A stretch of 64,000 bases of DNA from Candidatus Zambryskibacteria bacterium RIFCSPLOWO2_01_FULL_39_39 (lineage in GTDB: Bacteria; Patescibacteriota; Minisyncoccia; Phycocordibacterales; WO2-35-19): positions 9,338 through 73,337 of the forward strand of contig MHWB01000013.1 in NCBI GenBank assembly GCA_001823925.1. Reading direction: 5' to 3'. Shown in pieces: positions 1 through 8,540 of this stretch (its first letter is position 1; each line of letters starts with the position of its first letter). The position numbers were made by a program, and so were the translations under genes. The notes under the pieces are model-generated. The model searched no databases. It was not told where the DNA came from and worked only from the letters and a program-made list of their open reading frames with translations.

Positions 1-1277
1 TCACCTTCTTTAAGGATGCTATGCATAGGAGAAAGTTTGCCGTTTATTTTTACTCCCGACATTTTGTTGCCTATATCTGAATGGATCAGATAAGCAAAAT
101 CAATAGCCGAAGATCCGACCGGCAAATCAACCACATCCCCTTTGGGTGTAAAAACGAATATTCTCTCGCTTAAAAAATCTTTCTTTATTTCTGTTACTGA
201 ATGTGGAAGCATAGATTCTATCCACGGCGTCAGATGCTTTCTGTCGCCTCCTTTATAAAGAGCGTGAGCGGCCACCCCATACTCTGATTCATGATGCATT
301 TCTTCTGTTCGTATTTGTATTTCTACTAAATCTCCGTTTCCGGTAAATACAGTGGTGTGCAAACTTTGGTAGCCATTTTGTTTTGGGCGGGCAATATAAT
401 CTTTGATCCTGCCAGGCAAAGGTTTCCAAGAAGAGTGAATGATGCCAAGTGCTCGGTAGCAATCCTCGGTTTTTTCAACAGTCAATCTAATTGCCAAAAT
501 ATCGTATATTTTTTCAATATCCTTTTTATTTTTTAAATATTTTTTGTACAGACTGTATAGACCTTTGACCCTGTAGTCAGAACGAAAATTGACGAAACTG
601 GCCTTGGCCAACTCCTTCATAACTGATTTCATAAATTTCTCTAGATTTTCAAGTCTCTCGCTATAATTTTCCTTGAAGACGGAAGATATTTCAGCATATC
701 CATCTTTGTAGACAAAGGGAAATGCCAAATCTTCAAGCTCGCGAGAAAGTTTGCGGATACCAAGGCGATAAGCAATAGGAGCATAAATCTCCAATGTTTC
801 TCTGGCGATTCTTTCTTGTTTTTCTAATGGTAAGAAAGAAAGAGTGCGCATATTGTGAAGACGGTCACAAAGTTTTACCATGAGGACTCGGATATCTTTT
901 GAAGTTGCCAAGAGTAATTTGCGCAATGATTCGTTGTGACGATCGGCTCCGTGGTATTTTAAAGCGCCAAGTTTAGAAACACCCAAGACTATAAACAAAA
1001 CTTCTTTACCAAATTCTTTCTCAATCATTTCAGGTGGGGTCTCTGTATCTTCTAAAATGTCGTGCAAAAATCCAGCCACGATAGTTGTAGTATCCATCCC
1101 CAACTCGGCAATATTTTTGGCTGTTTCAAAAAGGTGATTAAAATACGGCTCGCCACTCAGGCGTCTTTGTCCCTCATGCTTTACTCTGGCAAATTCATAT
1201 GCTTTTTTTATAAAATCCTTTTCCTCCTCGTCAGCTTTAATTAAGAGAGATATTAATTTTTCTAAGTCTTTTTCCAT
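1..1277 (-). CDS. rel: RelA/SpoT family (p)ppGpp synthetase/hydrolase (runs off the window edge)
   Basis: Not in the ORF track. Manual translation from ATG at 1277 gives MEKDLEKLISLLIK...HEGQRRLSGEPYFNH...AGFLHDILEDT (HD domain), later PKQNGYQSLHT and EIQIRT synthetase motifs, then the start of a TGS domain. Confidence 0.93.
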   Translation of the reverse strand, partial: MEKDLEKLISLLIKADEEEKDFIKKAYEFARVKHEGQRRLSGEPYFNHLFETAKNIAELGMDTTTIVAGFLHDILEDTETPPEMIEKEFGKEVLFIVLGVSKLGALKYHGADRHNESLRKLLLATSKDIRVLMVKLCDRLHNMRTLSFLPLEKQERIARETLEIYAPIAYRLGIRKLSRELEDLAFPFVYKDGYAEISSVFKENYSERLENLEKFMKSVMKELAKASFVNFRSDYRVKGLYSLYKKYLKNKKDIEKIYDILAIRLTVEKTEDCYRALGIIHSSWKPLPGRIKDYIARPKQNGYQSLHTTVFTGNGDLVEIQIRTEEMHHESEYGVAAHALYKGGDRKHLTPWIESMLPHSVTEIKKDFLSERIFVFTPKGDVVDLPVGSSAIDFAYLIHSDIGNKMSGVKINGKLSPMHSILKEG

Positions 1278-3580
1278 CTCCTTCCTATTTTTTTAGGCTC
1301 TTTTAATATTTCGAGAGCGCGTTCTAGAGTTATTTTATATACATCGTCTGTTTTGAGAGAACGAAAATCTTTTTGGTGGACGATATATGGTCCAAACCTG
1401 CCAATATTGGCAGAGATCATTTCTCCTGTTTCTGGCTGTGGCCCAAGCTCTCTTGGTAAACTCAAATATTTGAGTGCTTCATCCAAAGTAACACTATTTG
1501 GATCTTTATCTTTGGGGATACTTGATCTCCTTGGTTTTTCTTTCTTTTCTTTTTTAGTTTTTTCTTTTGGATTTGGTGCTTCGGATTTTGAATTTTGTCC
1601 CCCCAACTGTACATAAGGCCCAAACCTACCGTCCATTATAAAAACCGGAAGCCCTGTTGCACTGTCAACTCCAATAGGTTCTGCTTCCTTTATTTCAGAA
1701 CCGTCAATATTTCGCATACCCTTGCAATCTGGAAATTTTTCGCAACTCAAAAATTTGCCTCCCTTACCGAGCTTGATTATCATACCTGCGCCACAGATGG
1801 GGCATTTAAGTTTGGGATCGGCGTCTCCTAGGTTAGTGAGTTTGGCCGTCTTTTCCTTTTCTTTTACATCTTTCAAAAATGGTTTATAAAATTCTCGCAG
1901 AGTTGGTTCGTACTCTCTTTTACCTTCTGCAATTTGGTCAAGTTCATCTTCCATTTCGGCAGTGAAGGTGTCGCTTATATAATTTTCAAAATTATTTTCT
2001 AAAAATGTTGAGACGACATCGCCGGTGTCTGTCGGTTTAAGTGTCCGACCATCTTTATCTACATAACCTCTATCTATGATGGTACCGATGATAGAAGCAT
2101 AGGTGCTAGGTCTGCCAATACCCCTTTTTTCCAATTCTTTGATGAGCCCAGCTTCGCTATATCTGTTTGGTGGTTCGGTCTGTTTTTCTTCTTGTTTTAA
2201 ATCTAATAAGGAAAGATTATCTCCTTGTTTAACTTTTGGCAACAAGGTATCCTCACTCTTTGCTTCTGGGTCAGCCATGAGCCAGCCACTTTTTATAACT
2301 CGGGAGCCATTGGCTGCAAAATCTGGGACGGTGGCAATGTCAAAGACGGGCTTTTTGGAAATTTCTTCAAAGCCCGTCTTTGACATTGCGGACACCTGCG
2401 CCGTTATCTTGGTACGCATCATCAAGGCATCTTGCATTTGGGAGGCGACAGCTCTCTGCCATATCAGTTGGTACAACTTCTTTTGATCATCATTTGCGCC
2501 AGCATTCTCTTTTTCAAAATGAGTGGGCCTTATCGCTTCGTGAGCCTCCTGGGCATTTTTGGATTTAGTTTTATAAGTGCGAATTTGGTGAAGTTCTGCT
2601 CCAAATTTTTTTGTTACCACACTTTTTATTTGCCCCAATGCTACAGTCGCCATATTTAAACTATCAGTACGCATATAGGTGATGTGTCCAGCTTCATAAA
2701 GTTTTTGAGCCACCATCATCGTCCGCTTAGGACTAAACCCTAGTCTAGTACTTGCTACTTGTTGTAAAGTAGAGGTGGTAAAAGGGGCTTTGGGCGCTCT
2801 CTTTACTTCGGTCTCGGTCACATCTTTGACAGACCAAACTCCTTCTTTGGCTACATTATAAATTTTATCCGCCTCAATTTTTGTTTTTGGTTCTTCCTCG
2901 CAAAAAGCAGTGAAGGTAGCAATGTCAAGGGCGGGCTTTGAAGAAATTTCCAAAAAGCCCGCCCTTGACATTGCACCCACTTTCAAATTTGCAGAAATAA
3001 CGAAAAATGTCTCTGGTTTGAAAGCTCGTATCTCTCGCTCTTTTTCCATTAGTATTCGCAAAGCTGGGGATTGAACTCGGCCAGCCGAAAGACCGTATCT
3101 GACTTTTTTCCAAATAAGTCCCGATAAGTCATATCCCACCAGTCTATCAAGCACCCTTCTGGCTTCTTGGGCCTTTCTCAAATTTTGATCAATACTTCTG
3201 GGGTGTTTGAGAGCTTCCTCGATCGCTTCCTTGGTAATTTCGTGATAAGTAACTCTGCTAATCTTTTTCTTGCTTCCAAAATCATCTTTAATTATTTCAG
3301 CCAAGTGCCAAGCGATAGCCTCACCTTCTCGGTCGGGGTCGGTCGCGAGCAAAACTTCATCTGCCTTTTTTACAAGAGCTTTTATCTCTGCGACCACCTT
3401 TTCTTTACCCTTTGAAATTTCATAGTGGGGGATAAAGCCACCTTCTATGTCGATGGCTTTTTTATTACTTTTTGGCAGATCACGAATATGGCCGACGCTA
3501 GCTACAACCTCGTATTCACTTCCTATATATTTGCCAATAGTTTTTGCTTTGGCAGGGGATTCTACAATTAATAATTTCAT
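1262..3580 (-). CDS. topA: DNA topoisomerase I, with two in-frame palindromic insertions
   Basis: MKLLIVESPAKAKTI, ATDPDREGE, SAGRVQS, ITYMRTD and GIGRPSTY motifs; zinc ribbon and C-terminal repeats. Confidence 0.98.
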   Translation of the reverse strand: MKLLIVESPAKAKTIGKYIGSEYEVVASVGHIRDLPKSNKKAIDIEGGFIPHYEISKGKEKVVAEIKALVKKADEVLLATDPDREGEAIAWHLAEIIKDDFGSKKKISRVTYHEITKEAIEEALKHPRSIDQNLRKAQEARRVLDRLVGYDLSGLIWKKVRYGLSAGRVQSPALRILMEKEREIRAFKPETFFVISANLKVGAMSRAGFLEISSKPALDIATFTAFCEEEPKTKIEADKIYNVAKEGVWSVKDVTETEVKRAPKAPFTTSTLQQVASTRLGFSPKRTMMVAQKLYEAGHITYMRTDSLNMATVALGQIKSVVTKKFGAELHQIRTYKTKSKNAQEAHEAIRPTHFEKENAGANDDQKKLYQLIWQRAVASQMQDALMMRTKITAQVSAMSKTGFEEISKKPVFDIATVPDFAANGSRVIKSGWLMADPEAKSEDTLLPKVKQGDNLSLLDLKQEEKQTEPPNRYSEAGLIKELEKRGIGRPSTYASIIGTIIDRGYVDKDGRTLKPTDTGDVVSTFLENNFENYISDTFTAEMEDELDQIAEGKREYEPTLREFYKPFLKDVKEKEKTAKLTNLGDADPKLKCPICGAGMIIKLGKGGKFLSCEKFPDCKGMRNIDGSEIKEAEPIGVDSATGLPVFIMDGRFGPYVQLGGQNSKSEAPNPKEKTKKEKKEKPRRSSIPKDKDPNSVTLDEALKYLSLPRELGPQPETGEMISANIGRFGPYIVHQKDFRSLKTDDVYKITLERALEILKEPKKIGRRWKKT
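2334..2389. repeat. 56-bp perfect hairpin inside topA (copy 1)
   Basis: GCAATGTCAAAGACGGGCTTT / 14-nt loop / AAAGCCCGTCTTTGACATTGC; encodes AMSKTGFEEISKKPVFDIA. Confidence 0.95.
2919..2974. repeat. 56-bp perfect hairpin inside topA (copy 2, opposite orientation)
   Basis: GCAATGTCAAGGGCGGGCTTT / 14-nt loop / AAAGCCCGCCCTTGACATTGC; encodes AMSRAGFLEISSKPALDIA. Confidence 0.95.
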
Positions 3581-3674
3581 GACACGACACTAATTACGAA
3601 TAAGGAACGAATGACACAAATAAATTAAGAATAATAGGATAAGGATATGTTATAAAAATAAAAAAAGCAAAAAT

Positions 3675-3716
3675 ACCTCACCCCCCAACCCCTCTCCTAG
3701 ATGTAGGAGAGGGGAG
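3675..3716. repeat. Solo end of the DUF559-associated hairpin family
   Basis: ACCTCACCCCCCAACCCCTCTCCTAGATGTAGGAGAGGGGAG; same architecture as the ends in tgt, truB and fmt. Confidence 0.8.
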
Positions 3717-3807
3717 GAAAATAATAAATTTGTAAATAAAAAACCACCCCATGGAGATCTGTGTGCCGTGTCGGCTCACAAATCTCCACGAGGTCGGCTG
3801 TTTTCCG

Positions 3808-4176
3808 TTACATCCCATCGTTTCTGTCGTTCTCAGCCCGCTCCTTCCGGCGCAGGACGATCAAACTAAGGAAAAGTGCTGCCAGAATGGCGGCTCCTAC
3901 TCTCACGATAAGCGTAGGTATGTCTCGCAGAGACAAAATTTTACCCACAATCGGGGTAACTGTTTCTGCCACTGAGCCGAAGGTTACCACGACGGCGACG
4001 GCGACAAAGCCGGCCATCAATGCGTATTCAACCAGATCCTGACCGCGAGTGTCCGCGGACATCGACCTGAAAAAGTCGTTGGTTGACCGGCAGATCACGC
4101 GTCGCCGGTAGTAAATCAAGAGTCCCGCCACAAAAATCAGCGGGAACACAACAACAAACAAAAGACCCATACCCAT
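3808..4176 (-). CDS. Flp/Fap type IVb pilin-like membrane protein
   Basis: RGQDLVEYALMAGFVAVAVVV Flp motif; GGAGG RBS precedes ATG at 4176. Confidence 0.65.
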   Translation of the reverse strand: MGMGLLFVVVFPLIFVAGLLIYYRRRVICRSTNDFFRSMSADTRGQDLVEYALMAGFVAVAVVVTFGSVAETVTPIVGKILSLRDIPTLIVRVGAAILAALFLSLIVLRRKERAENDRNDGM

Positions 4177-4228
4177 AACGTAACGCCTCCTATCCACAAG
4201 TATAGCATAGTTGGCACTTCCTGTCAAG

Positions 4229-4251
4229 ATGTCAAGGTTCGACCTTGACAT
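4229..4251. repeat. Short palindrome ATGTCAAGGT-TCG-ACCTTGACAT
   Basis: Perfect 10-bp stem; near-identical copy inside dus at 11971-11995. Confidence 0.75.
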
Positions 4252-4255
4252 TGTG

Positions 4256-5146
4256 TCAAGAAAGCCTTATTTCACCGAGAGTTTCTTTGATGAGGCACTT
4301 GAGTTCCAAAAGAGAGAGTAGAGTTTGGGTTTCGCCGACTGATATCTGGTGTTCCAGATTTGCCTGTCTCAAAATCTCATCGCGTGGCAATGGTTCTATC
4401 AAAAGTTTTATAATGAGCATTTCTTTTTCCGAACAATCAAAATATTTTTCCTCGTCACTCTGAGACTTTGCGGAAGCAGACTCATCATTTTCCAAATGCA
4501 ACGCTTCCAATAAGTCGTCACTGTCCCTTATTGGTGTGGCTCCAAGACGAATGAGCATATGAGGACCTTGGCTTGTGGTATTAAAAATACTGCCAGGTAG
4601 AGCTAAGACATCTCTATTATATTCGGTCGCTAATCGCGCAGTGATTAAAGTACCTGACTTTTTTTCTGCTTCTATCACCAATGTGGCATGGCTCATACCA
4701 GCCATAATCCTATTTCTTTGAGGGAAGCTCCATTGGGTTGCTTTGAATTCTGAATCAAATTCGTTTAAGAGTGTGCCGCCTTTTTCTACGATTTCCTCTG
4801 CCAGACGAGTATGTGACTGAGGGTGTAAGACATCTAATGAAAGTCCCGAGCCGGGCACGGCGATGGTGGGCAAGTTGTTTTTGAGGGCGGCTCTATGAGC
4901 GATAGAGTCAATGCCTAAAGCCAGACCGGAAACGATAGTAATGGGATAATTTTTCAAACCTTCTATAAAAGTTTCGACCGCCTCCTTTCCATAACTTGTG
5001 TTTTTGCGAGCGCCGACTATGCACAAAAGCTTCCTCTCCCAGTCTGGTATTTTGCCCACATAAAGCAGTTTTTTTGGTAGTTGATTGATTTCTTCCAAGA
5101 GTGGCGGCCAATCTTTTCTCTCTAATTTTTTGATTTCATATTTCAT
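4256..5146 (-). CDS. dprA: DNA-processing protein DprA
   Basis: IVGAR, IVSGLALGID, FPQRNRIMAG and EAEKKSGTLITA motifs. Confidence 0.96.
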   Translation of the reverse strand: MKYEIKKLERKDWPPLLEEINQLPKKLLYVGKIPDWERKLLCIVGARKNTSYGKEAVETFIEGLKNYPITIVSGLALGIDSIAHRAALKNNLPTIAVPGSGLSLDVLHPQSHTRLAEEIVEKGGTLLNEFDSEFKATQWSFPQRNRIMAGMSHATLVIEAEKKSGTLITARLATEYNRDVLALPGSIFNTTSQGPHMLIRLGATPIRDSDDLLEALHLENDESASAKSQSDEEKYFDCSEKEMLIIKLLIEPLPRDEILRQANLEHQISVGETQTLLSLLELKCLIKETLGEIRLS

Positions 5147-5193
5147 CTTTTTTAAGCACTCGCATTTATTGTATCATTTGTTATTATTTAAAC

Positions 5194-6474
5194 ATGCTGG
5201 ATATTAAGTTTATAAGGGAAAACGCGGAGTTGGTGCAGGAAGGTGCTAAAAAGAAGCACATTCTTTTTGATGTTGCTAAACTCATAGAAGTTGACGATAA
5301 AAGAAAAATAATAAGTCAAAATTTGGAAGAAAAAAGGGCTAGACAAAACAAAGTAAGTATTGATGTATCTAAAGCGGGACAATCTGGAAATATTGAAGAA
5401 AAAGAAAAACTAATAAAAGAGATGCAACCATTGAAAGAGGAAATGCAAAAAATGGAAGAAGAATTGAAAGAGGTGATGATAGCGTGGCAAAAACTTATGG
5501 TTTCGGTACCAAATATTCCCGACATGTCGGTGCCAGAGGGTGACGACGATGGTACCAATATTGAAGTAAAGAAATGGGGGGAAATTCCAAAATTTAATTT
5601 TACATCAAAAGATCACATTGAACTCATGGAAAATCTTGACTTAGCTGATTTTGAGACTGGCGCTAAAGTTTCTGGCTTCCGAGGTTATTTCTTGAAAAAC
5701 GAGGGAGCGGAACTGGCTTTTGCTATTTGGCAACTGACCATGAATTTATTTAGAGAAAAACACAAAGATTATTCGGTAATGTTTGTGCCGTCACTGGTAA
5801 AAAGGGAGACTCTGCTTGGATCAGGGTATTTGCCACAAGGTGAAGATGATTTATATAAAACTCAAGATGGGGAATATCTTTCCGGTACAGCCGAAGTGGC
5901 TACCATGAGTTATTTTGCCGATAAAATTTTGGACAAGAAAAATTTACCAACGAAGGTCTTAGCTTTTTCCCCGGCCTTTAGAAAGGAAGCTGGGAGTTAT
6001 AGCAAAGACACCAAAGGTCTTTATCGAGTACATGAGTTTATGAAATTTGAGCAAGTGATTTTATGTGAAGCTAGTCACGAAGAAAGTGTAAAGCATCATG
6101 AAGAGTTGCTTTCAAACGCCGAAGAGATGTTACAAGCACTCGGTTTACCATATCATGTAGTTATAAATTGCGGAGGCGATCTGGGCTTAGGACAGGTCAA
6201 AAAATATGACATAGAGACATGGATGCCTTCAAAAGAAAAATACGGCGAGACTCATTCTTGTTCATACTTTCACGACTTCCAAACTCGTCGGCTCAATATA
6301 AAGTACAGAGATACAGATGGAAAATTAAAATTTGCTCATTCTTTAAACAATACAGCCATTGCTACTCCAAGAATACTTATTCAATTAGTTGAAAACAATC
6401 AGCAAGCCGACGGTTCTATCATTATTCCCGAAGTCCTGCGTCCTTATATGGGTGGCAAAAGCAAAATAGAATAA
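5194..6474 (+). CDS. serS: Serine--tRNA ligase
   Basis: MLDIKFIREN, GTAEV, FRKEAG, RVHEFMKFEQ and HSLNNTAIA motifs. Confidence 0.98.
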   Translation: MLDIKFIRENAELVQEGAKKKHILFDVAKLIEVDDKRKIISQNLEEKRARQNKVSIDVSKAGQSGNIEEKEKLIKEMQPLKEEMQKMEEELKEVMIAWQKLMVSVPNIPDMSVPEGDDDGTNIEVKKWGEIPKFNFTSKDHIELMENLDLADFETGAKVSGFRGYFLKNEGAELAFAIWQLTMNLFREKHKDYSVMFVPSLVKRETLLGSGYLPQGEDDLYKTQDGEYLSGTAEVATMSYFADKILDKKNLPTKVLAFSPAFRKEAGSYSKDTKGLYRVHEFMKFEQVILCEASHEESVKHHEELLSNAEEMLQALGLPYHVVINCGGDLGLGQVKKYDIETWMPSKEKYGETHSCSYFHDFQTRRLNIKYRDTDGKLKFAHSLNNTAIATPRILIQLVENNQQADGSIIIPEVLRPYMGGKSKIE

Positions 6475-6539
6475 CACCCTCGCGCTACGCGTCGACCCCT
6501 CTTATATTAAGAGGGGTAAAAACAAAAATAATAAAAAAT

Positions 6540-6866
6540 ATGAGACAGTCAAAAAATGTAAAAATAGTGGTATTTGTACCAGTATCCTATGCGGACGTAA
6601 TTAGAGAAGTAATTGGGAAAAGTGAAGCTGGAAAAATTGGCGACTGTACTCATTGCAGTTTTTCTTCACAGGGTATTGGAAGATTTATACCAAATAATGG
6701 TGCTCACCCAACAATTGGTCAGGTCGGAAAATTAGAATCTGTACAAGAAGAACGTATAGAGTTTATTTGTGGCCGTGATTTTGTAGAAAATGTTGTTGCA
6801 GAAATTAAAAAAGTTCATCCGTATGAGGAGGTTGCTTTCGATTTATATTCATTGGAGGAATTATAA
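6540..6866 (+). CDS. YqfO/NIF3 PII-like insertion-domain protein
   Basis: KIVVFVP...AGKIG..HCSF...G.GRF...HPYEEVAFD. Confidence 0.85.
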   Translation: MRQSKNVKIVVFVPVSYADVIREVIGKSEAGKIGDCTHCSFSSQGIGRFIPNNGAHPTIGQVGKLESVQEERIEFICGRDFVENVVAEIKKVHPYEEVAFDLYSLEEL

Positions 6867-6880
6867 AAAATGTAATATTA

Positions 6881-7267
6881 ATGAACTCTAAATTTCTTTA
6901 TAATAATAAAGTTTTGAGAGATCGCAGACAAGAGTTAAGAAATGGTGCGACTGAATCGGAAAAAATTCTTTGGAATAATTTGAAACACAGTAAACTCGGA
7001 GGTTTTAAATTTGTAAGACAGTATAGTGTTGGCCCTTATATTCTGGATTTTTATTGTCCAAAATTGCGATTGGCAATAGAATTAGATGGAAGCCAACATA
7101 GCGAGCGAGATGCAATTTTGTATGATAAAGATAGGAATGATTATTTGGACGCTGTGTATATAAAAGTTTTGAGATTTTGGAATATGGAGATAACAAAAAA
7201 TATAAAAGGGTCGATTGATAAAATTTTACAAGAAATACTTAAAGTAGCAGACCCCCTCTTAAAATAA
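6881..7267 (+). CDS. DUF559 (Vsr-like) endonuclease
   Basis: RQELRNGATESEKILW, FVRQ, YILDFYC, LAIELDGSQH and VLRFWN motifs. Confidence 0.92.
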   Translation: MNSKFLYNNKVLRDRRQELRNGATESEKILWNNLKHSKLGGFKFVRQYSVGPYILDFYCPKLRLAIELDGSQHSERDAILYDKDRNDYLDAVYIKVLRFWNMEITKNIKGSIDKILQEILKVADPLLK

Positions 7268-7295
7268 GAGGGGGCAGGGGGTGATATGAAATAAT

Positions 7296-8102
7296 ATGCA
7301 TAATACCAGGTATAAAAAAGCCTCTTCTAGGATAAGCAGAAGAAGTGAAGTAAGAAGGTTTTTAAGTTTATTTTTTAAAATAGGGATACCCATCACTTTT
7401 TTGGTCTGTTTGATTTTTCTTTTGCGGGCGGATTTTTTGCAGGTAAAAACTTTTGAAATCTTGGGGGCAGAAGTTATCCAAGTGGCAGAAATCGAAAATA
7501 CTGCTTTGAACTTTACCCTGGGCAATCAGTTTTTTCTGATACCCAAATCAAATCTGTTTTTTTTGAATAAAGAAAAATTAGCATCTGTTTTATTATCAAA
7601 ATTTGGAAGATTAGAGGAAGTGTCCGTGAACAAACACTTTTTAAGTAAAAATATTGAATTAAAGATAGTAGAGAGAAAAGATGACTTTTTTTGGTGTTTG
7701 ATACAGACAGAGTGTTTTTTGATGAGCAAAGATGGGTTGGTCTTTGAATCCTATTCTGCAGAAGCTACGCGAGGCAAGGTAATTTTTGGCGGTATCTTGG
7801 ACGGAGATCCTTTAATGAAAAATTTTGCTACTCCAGAAAAAATGCAAAATTATTCAAATTTAATTAGAGTTTTCAAAGAAGCCGGTTTTGAAGTTTCCTC
7901 TATAAATATAGAATCTTCTGACAAGGCAGTGGCCAAAATTGAAATTGTAGACATAATATTTAATCCAGAGGAGGAGAATCTCTCTCTTACGGCTGAAAAT
8001 GTCGTACTTTTAATAAATGAATTAAAAAGTAAAAATTCCTCCACCACTTTCAATTATATAGATGCTCGTTTTAACAACAAAATTTTTTATAAACTCTACT
8101 GA
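7296..8102 (+). CDS. FtsQ/DivIB-like cell division protein
   Basis: Basic N-terminus, single TM, POTRA-like region, C-terminal YIDARFNNKIFYK. Confidence 0.7.
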   Translation: MHNTRYKKASSRISRRSEVRRFLSLFFKIGIPITFLVCLIFLLRADFLQVKTFEILGAEVIQVAEIENTALNFTLGNQFFLIPKSNLFFLNKEKLASVLLSKFGRLEEVSVNKHFLSKNIELKIVERKDDFFWCLIQTECFLMSKDGLVFESYSAEATRGKVIFGGILDGDPLMKNFATPEKMQNYSNLIRVFKEAGFEVSSINIESSDKAVAKIEIVDIIFNPEEENLSLTAENVVLLINELKSKNSSTTFNYIDARFNNKIFYKLY

Positions 8103-8138
8103 TAATATTTTTTAGTAGAGTTTGCTATAATATAAGCT

Positions 8139-8540
8139 ATGTCTGAAGTTTACGAAAAGAGTCCATTTCTTTTGGCTTATATAAAGTGGCACTATGGCCG
8201 AGGGCTAAAAGAGCTTTTTGCAGTTTTTGGAAATTTTTTGTGGTTTGTGTCTAATTTTTTTTCATTCAAATTATTACTTAAGACTTTATTTTATCCATGG
8301 AAGAGATTGGGCGAAACTTATGAAGGAGGTCTCAATCTAAACGCTTTTGCCTCCACCCTGATAGTCAATGGACTCATGCGGGCGGTTGGTTTTTGTACCA
8401 AAACCTTAGTGATGCTAGTCGGCCTCGTCTCTTATGTTTTTTTACTTATTTTTTCTTTTTTTATTTTTGTTATCTGGGTTTTAGCACCCATTATACTTTT
8501 GGGTAGCGTCGCTCTGTCGGCAACCTTTTTTGTAATATGA
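8139..8540 (+). CDS. Hypothetical membrane protein, coupled to the Clp ATPase gene
   Basis: Hydrophobic ORF; ATGA overlap with the next gene. Confidence 0.7.
   Translation: MSEVYEKSPFLLAYIKWHYGRGLKELFAVFGNFLWFVSNFFSFKLLLKTLFYPWKRLGETYEGGLNLNAFASTLIVNGLMRAVGFCTKTLVMLVGLVSYVFLLIFSFFIFVIWVLAPIILLGSVALSATFFVI

Larger units (their letters stand above)
6474..7284 (+). mobile_element. Candidate DUF559 cassette with hairpin ends and a passenger gene
   Basis: Left end ACACCCTCGCGCTACGCGTCGACCCCTCTTATATTAAGAGGGGT (6474-6517) and right end CCCCCTCTTAAAATAAGAGGGGGCAGGGGGTGA (7252-7284) enclose two ORFs. Confidence 0.6.
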
